Shown in pieces: positions 47,734 through 58,027 of a DNA stretch of 64,000 bases. The notes beneath the pieces were generated by a model that had not been told where the DNA came from, did not search any database, and saw only the letters and a program-made list of their open reading frames with translations. Both the position numbers and the translations under genes were made by a program. Numbering within the stretch: position 1 is the first letter of the stretch; each line of letters opens with the position of its first letter. Source of the stretch: an uncultured Verrucomicrobiae bacterium (GTDB lineage Bacteria > Verrucomicrobiota > Verrucomicrobiia > Chthoniobacterales > Terrimicrobiaceae); assembly GCA_963706955.1 (NCBI GenBank), contig CAVPOC010000005.1, positions 1 through 64,000 of the forward strand, read 5' to 3'.

Positions 47734-48561
47734 TTAGAATGATTCTTCAATGTCGGAGAGAAGCAGATTGACAAGGGTGACCGCGAGATTGCCGATCGTC
47801 AGAGCGAGTGCAGTGAGGGAGCCGACAAGATTGCGGGCTTGCTCGCGTTTTGGCCAAAAACCAAAGGTTCCCGCGACTGTCGCCATGCAAAAGGCAATCA
47901 CGACCGATTTGAACAACGTCTTAGCGTAAGTAGCCGCAGGAAATTTCAGAAATAAAGATCGCCGCAAAGTCCGGTAATGATTGGCCCAGGAGGAAGTTGC
48001 TCCCCAACCAGACTCCGATGAGACCGCAAAAGAATACCAGGAAGCAAAAGAAGGGAGCCACAATAATCAGCGCCACCGCTTTGGGAACGAAGGCTACCTC
48101 GGAAGGGTCCAGGCCGAGGACTTCGAGAACGTCAAGTTCCCGCGACAACCGCATGCTCGCAATCTCTGTGGTGATTGCAACGACCGCAGGCACACAAAAG
48201 AAATTGGCCACGGCGTAGGGGATAACATATTCAAGGAAGATTCTGCCAAAGCGGGGAATGGCGCTCTCCTGGTATTGCGAAAGATCTGGCGCCAGCACTG
48301 CACTTACGAATCCTCCAACGCCAAGCAGGACCAGGAAGAGAAGCGCTGGAGCAACGCATCCCAGCACGCGCCGCATGAGCTGAACACGAAACTCCTCACT
48401 GGAAAGCCCGGCTGAGGCGGCATTCGGACGAAAAAGCAAGTTCAACGCTCCGGTCACGACGGCCCAAGCAAGACCCGCCGCGGTGTATTTCCAAATTGAA
48501 TCACCGGCGGCCATAGGGTCTTCCCTCGCATACAATGCGGAAAGTTTTCGTGCCAGTTCAT
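47734..48561 (-). CDS. MlaE-like ABC permease (frameshifted)
   Basis: AITTEIASMRLSRELDVLEVLGLDP....VPK MlaE motif. Confidence 0.8.
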
Positions 48562-48580
48562 TTTGTGATACGACGACGGT

Positions 48581-50493
48581 GTGGAGGAACTCCCGGGTTC
48601 AATTGATGCCGAAGCGCACCGCGTGGGACAACTCCGCGAGCGGTTGGAACGCGAAGGGGTGGACGTCGGCATCGCGGAACTCAAGCAGATTTGGGAGGGC
48701 CGACTTCGCGCCTTCTGGCGCCTCTATCCCGAGCTCTACTCCACCCTTGCCGGCCTGATGGTTGAACGTTCGGAGAACTTTGCAGCCATTGAAATCTGCG
48801 CCGAGGGACTCTCCTTTTTCCCCAGGCACGGCGACCTCGTCCTCTACCTGGCGTTATCTTTGGCGCGCACCGGATCTCCGAACCGAGCATTTGAGCTGCT
48901 CAATTCAGCCGAGTGGATGGCTGGCGAACATTCCAGATGCTTGGACGCTGCGGGCTCGAATTTACAAAGACCTTTGGAAGCTGACCGGATCATCACGGGC
49001 GCTGGAGCAGTCATTGCACGAGTATGAAAGAGCGGCTGAGAGGAGAAAAGGTGCGGATGCTTACTATCCGGAGGTGAATGTCGCCACACTCGCACTTCTC
49101 GGCGGCGACGAATCGAAAGCCGTAGAATACGCCAAGAAGGTGACCAGCCAACTTACTCCTCTTGCTGAGCGAGACTACTGGGAGGCAGGGAGCTTGGCGG
49201 AAGCCTTGCTCGTCTTACGTCGCGTTGAGGATGCTCGCGGGCAATATGCAACGGCCATGGAGCTTGACCCGCTGCCGGCGCGAAGGCTCACGACTCGGCA
49301 GCAGGCAAGGCTACTTCTTCGGCACCTGGGTGAAGATCCGAATACATTCGAGGATCTCTTTAAAATTCCGCCGGTGGTTTGCGCCACGGGCCACGTCATC
49401 GATCCCCCGGACCGAGCCATTGCTCGATTTCCTGCAACGCGCGAGGCATCGGTCCGCCTTCGCATTCAGTCGCTGCTGAGACGCTGGGGCGTCGGTCTTG
49501 GATATTCCGGAGCGGCAGGCGGCGCCGACATAATCTTTGCCGAGACGATTCACGCTTTGGGAGGCGAGACCTGTCTCATCCTGCCGGTTGACCGGGAGAC
49601 ATTTTGTCGATGGAGCGTCGAAGGATCAGGGGGAGAATATGTGAACCGGTATCGCGTGGCTTTAACCAATGCGGCGTTCGTCAGTGAGTCGCCTTTTTCG
49701 CGCCAAGACCTCCAGGGCGGCGGTCTTTGGGACTTCGGCAATCGAATGATCCTCGGAAACGCGCTGCGGCGAGCGAGCGAACTCGAGACACCGTTAAAGG
49801 TGCTCGCGGTGTGGGACGGCAAGCGCGGCGATGGCCGGGGAGGCACTGCTGACATGGTGGCGCTCGCCCGGCAGTGCGGTCTCACCGTGCACGTGATCGA
49901 TCCGATGGGCGATGAAATCGTGGAACTTCCTGGTTTCTCCGAAAGCGATTTGTCGCCCGCGGAGCGAATCGTTGAACGATCGACGCTCAGATGAGAGCCG
50001 AATCGCTGCCGGAATGTTCCTGTTGTTTCCCGCATCTTGGAAGTCTGAATCGCGCGATTTGGCGATTCCTTCGGAGCGATTCGCAGGCGAGTTTCATAGG
50101 GTAGCTCTCGACGCGGATTTCCGCATCTTCTTTGACTCAGCGACTTCAGCGGTGAGAGCACTGACGCGTCTGCAAGCGAGACTTTGTTCCTGAGGCCGAG
50201 CGAGTTCGGCATTGCTCTCACGGCTGGTCCCGTGCAGGTGCGTTCCTCTGACATCGTTGGCACGCGAGGATGTGCAGGGAACCATGGTGGCTCAAGGGCG
50301 CAGCTTGGCGACGCGGGCACTCCATCCTCCACTGGTCCTCGCATCCGGTGAGTTTGTTGCGCTCGCCGCTACCGAAGGATCTCGCCTGACAAACTTCGAG
50401 TATAGTGGACGCGTGACGTCTCCGGAAGGTAGTTACGCCGTATTTCGTCGCGTCCGAGAGGAAGCTCTCGAGGAAGCTCAGAGTACTCGATAG
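48581..50493 (+). CDS. TRAF-binding/TPR-S + SLOG + degenerate class III cyclase protein (indels)
   Basis: ARIYKD, YYPEVNVATLALL, DYWEAGSLAEA; TGHVID.PDR...RFP, GAAGGADIIFAE, AVWDG..GDGRGGTADMV; IAL.AGPV. Confidence 0.72.
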
Positions 50494-50570
50494 CCGAGCG
50501 GCTTCTCGACTCAACGCGTTTTTTGCCGTGCATTCTTGACGGCGAGGTTGCCGGACCGTACGCTTAGCTC

Positions 50571-51967
50571 ATGCCCCTACTCAGACCCAGATCCCACTTT
50601 TTACCCTTCCCCCCGCCTCGCTATGCAGGCGCCTCCCGAGACGCTCGCTTATGTCGCGGCACTCAATCCTCCCGGAAGTAAGCTCCACGATGCCATCCTT
50701 GTGATCGATGTGGATCCGGCATCGCCGAGCTATGGGAAGCGCATCGGGCAAACCGTTCTTCCCCATGCCGGAGACGAATTGCACCACTTCGGGTGGAATG
50801 CCTGCAGTTCGGCACTTTGTCCCTACGCGCCGCATCCACACGTCGAACGCCGCTATCTTGTCGTGCCGGGAATCCGCTCTTCGCGCATCTACGTGTTGGA
50901 TACCAAGCCGGATCCTCGCAATCCCTCGATCGTAAAGATCATCCAACCTGAGGAGGTTCTTGCTCGAACCGGCTATTCGCGTCCGCATACCGTTCACTGC
51001 GGACCCGAGGGCATCTACGTCAGCGCGCTCGGCTCACCGAGTGGAGATGGTCCGGGCGGCATCTTCCTGCTGGATCACTTTAGCTTTGATGTCCTGGGAA
51101 AATGGGAAATGGACCGTGGACCCCAGTATCTCGGCTACGATTTTTGGTGGCATCTGACCCAGGACACGCTCTTGACCAGCGAATGGGGGACACCGAACCA
51201 GATCGAGAACGGCGTCATTCCCGAAGAGCTTCTGCAAAGCAAATACGGCCACCAGTTGCACGTTTGGGACCTGCGCAAGAGACGGCACGTTCAGGCTCTT
51301 GACCTGGGAAAAGAGCATCAAATGGTTCTTGAGATGCGCCCGGCGCACGACCCGACGAAAACCTACGGGTTTGTCGGCGTGGTTGTTTCGCTTGAAAGAT
51401 CTCAGTGCTTCGGTTTGGCTTTGGCATCGCCAAAACGGCAACTGGCAAATTGAAAAAATCATCGAAATCCCGGCGGAGCCGGCAGACGCCGATCAGTTGC
51501 CCGCGCTGCTCAAGGGGTTCAATGCGGTTCCCCCTTTAGTTACCGACATCAATCTCTCTCTCGATGATCGCTTTCTCTACGTCTCCTGCTGGGGGACCGG
51601 AGAGATGCTGCAATATGACGTTTCCGATCCGTTCAATCCCAAAAAGACCGGCTCGGTGCAGATTGGTGGAATTGTGCGGCAAACACCGCATCCGGCAAGA
51701 CCCGAGCAGCCGTTGCAAGGTGGGCCGCAAATGGTCGAAGTAAGCCGCGATGGAAAACGCATCTACTTCACCAATTCTCTCTACGCGGCCTGGGATGAGC
51801 AGTTCTATCCCACGGGCGTGGGAAGTTGGATGGCAAAGCTCGATGTCAACTCTGAAGGTGGCATCAGCTTCGATAAGAGATTCTTCCTTCAGTCGGATGA
51901 CTATCGTGTTCATCAAGTCCGCCTGGAGGGTGGCGACTCCTCGTCCGACTCTTACTGCTATCCGTGA
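50571..51967 (+). CDS. Selenium-binding protein SBP56 family (methanethiol oxidase homolog), indels
   Basis: PDPTFYPS, DELHHFGWNACSS, GYDFWW, GGPQMVEVSRDG, GGDSSSDSYC. Confidence 0.93.
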
Positions 51968-52628
51968 GCGGTGCCTGGCCGTGGCTGGCGCTGCTCGGCC
52001 TTGGCGCCTTTCATGGCATCAATCCGGGGATGGGCTGGCTCTTTGCGGTCGCCTTGGGTCTGCAAGAGCAGCGGCGTTCGGCAGTTTGGAATGCCCTGCC
52101 GCCGATCGCTGTGGGCCATGCACTCTCGGTCGGCCTGATTGTTGTGCTCGTCGCACTCATGCACGCCAGCATCAGCTACGACGCACTTCGGTGGCTGGCG
52201 GCCCTGGCACTCGTTAGCTTCGGGATCTATCGACTGGTTCGCGCGCGGCACCCACGATGGGTGGGCATGCGCGTGGGCTTTCGCGACCTAACGTTGTGGT
52301 CATTCTTGATGGCCTCTGCGCACGGTGCGGGACTTATGCTTGTCCCAGTTTTTCTTGGATCGAGACATCTCGCGGGCGTCGACAACGCACACACTGCGCA
52401 CGCGCATTCGAGCCATGGCGCTCATCTGGACCTCCTTGATAATTCCTGGCTGGCCGCCACTGGCGGTCATCGTTCACACCCTTGGACACCTCTTGGTGGC
52501 TGGGCATGGTGGCGTTGATCGTTTATGAAAAACTAGGTGTGCGTATTCTCCAGCGCGCCTGGTTCAATTTTGATCTGGCCTGGGCCGTTGCCCTCATCGT
52601 TTCCGGACTGGTGACGGCTGTTATTTGA
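51964..52628 (+). CDS. SBP56-associated membrane protein (frameshifted)
   Basis: LGAFHGINPGMGWLFAVALG, WSFLMASAHGAGLML, WFNFDLAWA. Confidence 0.85.
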
Positions 52629-52652
52629 CGCGCCGAGCTGTCGCTGGAAGAA

Positions 52653-55600
52653 TCATCGGACATCCACGACCGGTTGGTAAGTCGGTTGTGGCGCGGGCAC
52701 TTTTCGTGGCTTAGAGATTCTGCGAATCAGCACATAGAAGACCGGCGTGAGAAAGACGCCGAAAATAGTCACCCCCAACATTCCCGAGAACACAGCTGTG
52801 CCCAGCGTCTGTCTCATCTCGGCGCCGGCGCCAGTTCCGATTACGAGCGGAATCACTCCGGCAATGAAAGCAAACGAAGTCATCAGAATCGGGCGCAGTC
52901 GGAGCTTGCAGGCATCGATTACGGCTGAAACCGGATCTTTGCCCTCGTCCTCGATCTGTTTGGCGTACTCAACGATAAGGATCGCGTTCTTACAGGCGAG
53001 CCCGACGAGGACGACGAAGCCAATCTGGGTGAATATATTGTTGTCCATCCCCCGCAATAACACTCCTGCCAGGGACGAGAGCAGACACATCGGGACAATG
53101 AGAATAATAGCAAAAGGCAGGGCCCAGCTCTCATATTGCGCCGCAAGGGTCAGGAACACGAAGAGGACGCAAAGCGGGAAAATGTACAGGGCGGTGTTTC
53201 CTGCCAGAATTTGTTGAAACGCCATGTCGGTCCATTCAAAACCAAAGCCCGGCGGAAGTAATTGGCGAGACAACTGCTCCATAATGCTAATAGCGTCACC
53301 GGAACTATAGCCAGGGCTGCTACTTCCTGAGATCGCCGATGCGGTATAGAGATTATAGCGCGTGATAAAGGCCGGACCGTAAGTCTCTTTGATCGATGCC
53401 ATGGTACTCAACGGGACCATCTGTCCGGCGACGTTCCGCGTCTTCAGCTTGAGAATATCGGCTGGGGTGACGCGGAATTTGCTGTCCGCTTGCACGTTCA
53501 CCTGGAAGGAGCGTCCCAGAAACGTAAAGTCGTTCACATACGCGGATCCTAAGTAGATTTGCAGCGCGTCAAAGATGTTGTTGAGCGGCACATCCATGCT
53601 TTTCGCTTTCGAGCGATCGACGTCGACATAGATCTCGGGAGTTTCCGCGCGAAAGCCGGAGAACATGCCAACCAGCTCAGGTCGCTTTTCCCCAGCATCG
53701 ACCAGACTTTGCGAGACCGCCTCGAGTTGTTTGAAATTGCCGCCGCGACGATCCTGGACCATCAAGTTGAAACCGCCGGTGCTGCCCACGCCCTGAATCG
53801 GAGGCGGGCCGAAGGCCAGGATCAGAGCCTCCGGGATGGTCGAAAATTTCTTCCTGAGATCACCGACAATCGCATCGGCGGTAAGGTTGGGACCCTTTCG
53901 CTCGTGAAACTCATCCAAGATCACGAAGAGCGAAGCGACGTTTGACGTCGAGGTGCCGGTGAGGATTGAAAATCCGTTGATAATAAGGGTCGTCTTAACG
54001 CCCGAAGTCTCTTTGATCATCGCCAATGCTTTGGCGGTGACCGCTTGGGTTCGCTCGAGCGAGGCGCCGTCGGGAAGTTGACAGCCAACCAGCAGGTATC
54101 CTTGATCCTGCTGAGGAACAAAGCCGGTTGGAGTGATCCTAAATCCGTAGCCAGTCAAGGCGAGCAAACCGGCGTAGAGGATCATGACGATCACGACCTT
54201 GCGCACCAGGCCGGCCACTGATCGTCCGTACCTCTCGATCATCCAATCGAAGCCGCGGTTAAATCCCCTGAAAAACCAGCCGAAGGTCGCATTAAAGAAT
54301 CGCGTTAGGATGTCCTTCTGCTCTCCATGCGGCTTCAAGAGTATCACACTCATCGCCGGGCTCATTGTCAGCGAGTTGAATGCCGAGATGATTGTCGAGA
54401 CCGCTATGGTAAGAGCAAACTGACGGAAGAATTCACCGGAGATTCCGGTCATAAATGCCGTCGGGATGAACACCGCGGACAAGACCAAGGCGACCGCTAT
54501 CACAGCTCCACCGACTTCATTCATGGCCTGACGGGCGGCGTCGCGTGGCGATAGTCCAAGACTAAGCTTATGTTCGATCGCTTCGACGACGACGATCGCA
54601 TCATCGACCACGATCCCGATCGCAAGAACAAGACCGAAAAGCGAGATTGTGTTAAGTGAAAATCCGAAAGCTGCCATGGCCGCAAACGTCCCGATAAGAG
54701 AAACCGGCACGGCGATAAGCGGGATGATTGCAGCCCGCCACGTTTGCAGAAATAACATCACGACGATCGCGACGAGGAGGACAGCTTCAATCAGGGTGTG
54801 CTGAACCGCAGAGATCGACTCGCTGACGAAGACGGTCGTATCATAGACGATCCTGTAATCGACGCCCTTCGGGAAATCCTTCTTAAGCCTCTCCATCGTC
54901 TTGCGAATCGCCTCGGCGGTGGAAAGCGCATTGCTGCCAGGCAACTGATAGACGGCCAAGGTTGCCGTGGGCTTGTCGTCGAGCGTAGATTTAACCGCAT
55001 AAGACTTGGCGCCGATCTCGACCGAGCCGAGTTCACTCAGCCGGACAACTTCACCTCGCTCGCCGCGTTTGACGACAATGCGGGAGAATTCCTGCGGATC
55101 GATCAAGCGGCCCTGGGCATTGACGACCAGCTGAAATTCGGTGCCCTGGGGAGCCGGCTGCTGGCCAACTATGCCAGCGGCAACTTGCCTGTTCTGTTCC
55201 TGCACGGCCGCGACTACGTCGGAGGCGGTCAGCCCGAGCGATGCCAGTTTGTTCGGATCCAACCAGATCCGCATCGAGTACTCGGAGCCGAAGATGTTGA
55301 TTGCGCCGACGCCTTCGACTCGTGCCAATGTGTCCTTGACTTGAAGAATCGCGTAGTTGTTGAGATAGAGCTCGTCGCGCGAATTGTCTGGGGAGATCAA
55401 ATTCACGCACAGGATCATCGAGGCAGACTGCTTGTTGACGGAAACACCCGTGCGTCGAACCTCCTCGGGTAAGATAGGCAGGGCAAGGTTGACGCGGTTC
55501 TGCACAAGCACCTGTGCCGTATCGAGGTCGGTGCCCAGCTTGAAGGTAATCGTCAACGCATACGAACCGTCGCTCGCTGACTGCGAGGACATGTAGAGCA

Positions 55601-55829
55601 TGTTCTCGACGCCGTTAACCTGCTGTTCAATGGGCGCCGCGATCGTTTCGGCGATCGTCTTGGCATTTGCTCCGGGAAAGCTCGCCGAAACCTGGACCGT
55701 TGGCGGAACAATATCTGGATACTGAGCAATCGGCAAAGTCAGCAAAGCAATGCCGCCAACGATCGTGATGACCAGGGAAAGAACCGTCGCAAAGATCGGA
55801 CGGTCGATAAAGAACTGACTGATATTCAC
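52653..55829 (-). CDS. RND efflux permease (HAE1 family)
   Basis: FFIDRPIFA, GIVVDDAIVVVE, RLRPILMTS; 1058 aa. Confidence 0.96.
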   Translation of the reverse strand: MNISQFFIDRPIFATVLSLVITIVGGIALLTLPIAQYPDIVPPTVQVSASFPGANAKTIAETIAAPIEQQVNGVENMLYMSSQSASDGSYALTITFKLGTDLDTAQVLVQNRVNLALPILPEEVRRTGVSVNKQSASMILCVNLISPDNSRDELYLNNYAILQVKDTLARVEGVGAINIFGSEYSMRIWLDPNKLASLGLTASDVVAAVQEQNRQVAAGIVGQQPAPQGTEFQLVVNAQGRLIDPQEFSRIVVKRGERGEVVRLSELGSVEIGAKSYAVKSTLDDKPTATLAVYQLPGSNALSTAEAIRKTMERLKKDFPKGVDYRIVYDTTVFVSESISAVQHTLIEAVLLVAIVVMLFLQTWRAAIIPLIAVPVSLIGTFAAMAAFGFSLNTISLFGLVLAIGIVVDDAIVVVEAIEHKLSLGLSPRDAARQAMNEVGGAVIAVALVLSAVFIPTAFMTGISGEFFRQFALTIAVSTIISAFNSLTMSPAMSVILLKPHGEQKDILTRFFNATFGWFFRGFNRGFDWMIERYGRSVAGLVRKVVIVMILYAGLLALTGYGFRITPTGFVPQQDQGYLLVGCQLPDGASLERTQAVTAKALAMIKETSGVKTTLIINGFSILTGTSTSNVASLFVILDEFHERKGPNLTADAIVGDLRKKFSTIPEALILAFGPPPIQGVGSTGGFNLMVQDRRGGNFKQLEAVSQSLVDAGEKRPELVGMFSGFRAETPEIYVDVDRSKAKSMDVPLNNIFDALQIYLGSAYVNDFTFLGRSFQVNVQADSKFRVTPADILKLKTRNVAGQMVPLSTMASIKETYGPAFITRYNLYTASAISGSSSPGYSSGDAISIMEQLSRQLLPPGFGFEWTDMAFQQILAGNTALYIFPLCVLFVFLTLAAQYESWALPFAIILIVPMCLLSSLAGVLLRGMDNNIFTQIGFVVLVGLACKNAILIVEYAKQIEDEGKDPVSAVIDACKLRLRPILMTSFAFIAGVIPLVIGTGAGAEMRQTLGTAVFSGMLGVTIFGVFLTPVFYVLIRRISKPRKVPAPQPTYQPVVDVR

Positions 55830-55832
55830 GTT

Positions 55833-57044
55833 CTATTTCGCAGCCTGGGTCGTCGCTGCAGCCGGCGTGGCAGAATCCGCAGGCTTGGGATCTACCTTCT
55901 CACCGGGGCGCACCTTCAGCAGTCCGTCCACCACAACGGTCTCACCGACTTGCACTCCGCTCTTGACCACCTGCATGGTGTCGAAAAGCGTTCCAAGTTC
56001 GACCGGTTGAAACTCAGCCGCATTCTCCTTGTTGACGACGACGACATACTTCTGGCCTTGATCGGACGCCACACAACGCTCCGGCACCAGAATGGCGTTG
56101 TATGGCAATCCCGCGGGAATGCGTACCCGAACGAAGAGTCCTGGCCCAAGCAGACCATTTTCGAAGTCGAAGACGCCTCGGATCCGGATGGTGCCCGTCG
56201 ATGGGTCGACACGATTGTCGAGGAAGTCGATGTAGCCGGTATGCGGAAAGCCTGTTTCGTCCTGTAAAGACAACTCGATCGGGATCTTCACTTCGTCCGC
56301 ATCTTCGGGCCCCTTTTTCTTACTCTGGTAGTAGCGGACGTAACGGAGCAATGAACGCTCATCGACATCCGCATAGGCGTAAACTGGATTCGTCGAGACG
56401 ATCGTCGTCAATGGATCCTTGCCATCGGCGGAGACAAGGTTTCCGACGGTGACATTCGCGAGTCCCGCCCGGCCATCAATCGGTGCTGTCACGGTGCAGA
56501 ACTCCAGATTTAGCTTAGCCCTTTCCAGGGCTGCGCGGGCGGACTGGAAAGCTCCGGTGGCCTGCTGAAAGGTTGCGGCGCGCTGATCGAAATCTCCCGC
56601 AGCCGTGACTCCTTTGTCCCGCAGTTGTCGTGCCCGGTCAAAATCGGCGGAGGCCAGCTTCAAGGCGGAATCAGCTTTGTCGAGCTCCGCCTTGGCTTGC
56701 TCGTAGTCCGCCTGATATGGTCGCGGGTCGATGATGAAGAGCGGCTGGCCTTTCTTGACGAGGTCGCCGTCAACGAATTTGACCTCCGTAATGTAGCCGC
56801 TCACGCGAGGTCGGACGTCGACCGTTCCCATCGGAGCGAGGCGGCCGGTATATTCGTCCCAATCTTGCACTTGCTTTTCAACGGCCTGGGTGACGGTGAC
56901 GATTGGCGGTGGCAGCTCCAGCGCCTCCTGCTTCTTACAAGCGCTTACGGCCGCAAGCGCCAGCCAAAAGAGTAAGGTGGTCCGCAAAGGCAAACGGAAT
57001 GCGGCGAAGGGCGAGCGATCCGAAAGAGTGTTCGAGCGCACCAT
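55833..57044 (-). CDS. RND efflux membrane fusion lipoprotein
   Basis: Lipobox VSAC, RPRVSGY, APIDG, DPSTGTI. Confidence 0.95.
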   Translation of the reverse strand: MVRSNTLSDRSPFAAFRLPLRTTLLFWLALAAVSACKKQEALELPPPIVTVTQAVEKQVQDWDEYTGRLAPMGTVDVRPRVSGYITEVKFVDGDLVKKGQPLFIIDPRPYQADYEQAKAELDKADSALKLASADFDRARQLRDKGVTAAGDFDQRAATFQQATGAFQSARAALERAKLNLEFCTVTAPIDGRAGLANVTVGNLVSADGKDPLTTIVSTNPVYAYADVDERSLLRYVRYYQSKKKGPEDADEVKIPIELSLQDETGFPHTGYIDFLDNRVDPSTGTIRIRGVFDFENGLLGPGLFVRVRIPAGLPYNAILVPERCVASDQGQKYVVVVNKENAAEFQPVELGTLFDTMQVVKSGVQVGETVVVDGLLKVRPGEKVDPKPADSATPAAATTQAAK

Positions 57045-57166
57045 TGCTTATCTCCTTTTTCCAGACAATAGGCGGCTGGTCAATACAAACAGAGCAAGCA
57101 ATCGGGGGAAGGTCGCCTGCCACAAAACAGCTGGAGTTAAGGCCAGCGATACGATAGACACGTGCC

Positions 57167-57682
57167 ATGACTCGAAAGGAAGCAATCATTGTAGGCGCGG
57201 CCAGCCTCTCCGCTCTGGCGATGGCCGCACAATCCGGGCGGGCCGAAGAGGCGGCGGAACAAAATCCCGAAGTAACGAAAATCTGGGCGCTTCTTAAGGC
57301 ACACGACGAAGCCATGGCGAACCATGATCTTGGTGGCGTCATGAAATGTCTGACCGAAAAGGCCGCTATCATGGGCACCGGCCCCGGCGAGTTTTGGGTC
57401 GGGCCGGAGGAGATCAAAATAGCTTATGAACATTTCTTTGAGACCTTTGACAAGGGCGCGCAGGATTTTCAGTATCAGTTCAGGATCGGTGGCGTCGGCA
57501 CCGACATGGGTTGGCTGATGGCGTCCGGGAATGTAGCCGCTAAGAAGGATGGCAAGGAGTTGACCTTTCCCTTGAATATTTCCCTGACAGTCGCAAAGAA
57601 ATCGGAAGAATGGCGCATCGCCGCCATGCACTTCTCCACGTTGACCGGAGACATGGGAAGCCACGAGAAAAAGAGCAGTTGA
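57167..57682 (+). CDS. Exported SnoaL/NTF2-like protein
   Basis: Signal-like N-terminus, GTGPGE.W.G..EI, WRIAAMHFS. Confidence 0.85.
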   Translation: MTRKEAIIVGAASLSALAMAAQSGRAEEAAEQNPEVTKIWALLKAHDEAMANHDLGGVMKCLTEKAAIMGTGPGEFWVGPEEIKIAYEHFFETFDKGAQDFQYQFRIGGVGTDMGWLMASGNVAAKKDGKELTFPLNISLTVAKKSEEWRIAAMHFSTLTGDMGSHEKKSS

Positions 57683-57691
57683 TCAAACGTT

Positions 57692-58009
57692 ATGAACCCT
57701 GAAGCATCGAATGAGGGAAACGTGCAGGCGGAGAACCAGGAGTCGTTGAATCGGCGATTGTTCTTGCGGAGCCTCGGAAAGTGGTCGGGTGCGGCGGCGA
57801 TTGCGGCTGTCGCTGGAGGAGTTTGGATCGCCTCTTCGCCAAAGGCAGCTGCGGGCTGGTTAAATCGAAGAGGAGTAGTTCGGGGCGGAGGTTGGATCAA
57901 TGGCGGAGGTTGGGTCAATCGAGCAGGAGGATGGATTAATGGTGGTGGTGGTGGTGGTTGGATCAATCGGCGTGTCGGCGGCGGCGGCGGCTGGATCAAT
58001 CGCTGGTAA
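57692..58009 (+). CDS. Tat-signal Gly-rich W-x-N repeat protein, putative RiPP precursor
   Basis: NRRLFL twin-arginine motif, hydrophobic region, AAA site; 51-aa core with WLN, WIN, WVN, WIN, WIN, WIN. Confidence 0.8.
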   Translation: MNPEASNEGNVQAENQESLNRRLFLRSLGKWSGAAAIAAVAGGVWIASSPKAAAGWLNRRGVVRGGGWINGGGWVNRAGGWINGGGGGGWINRRVGGGGGWINRW

Positions 58010-58027
58010 GCACCCAGGGTCGGTCCC

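Noticed and set aside
57855..58005. Repeated GGxTGGATCAAT units and (GGT)n/(GGC)n runs as a CRISPR array or microsatellite
   Set aside because: They are codon-level repeats of the Gly-rich W-x-N peptide; there are no constant repeats with unique spacers and no cas genes.
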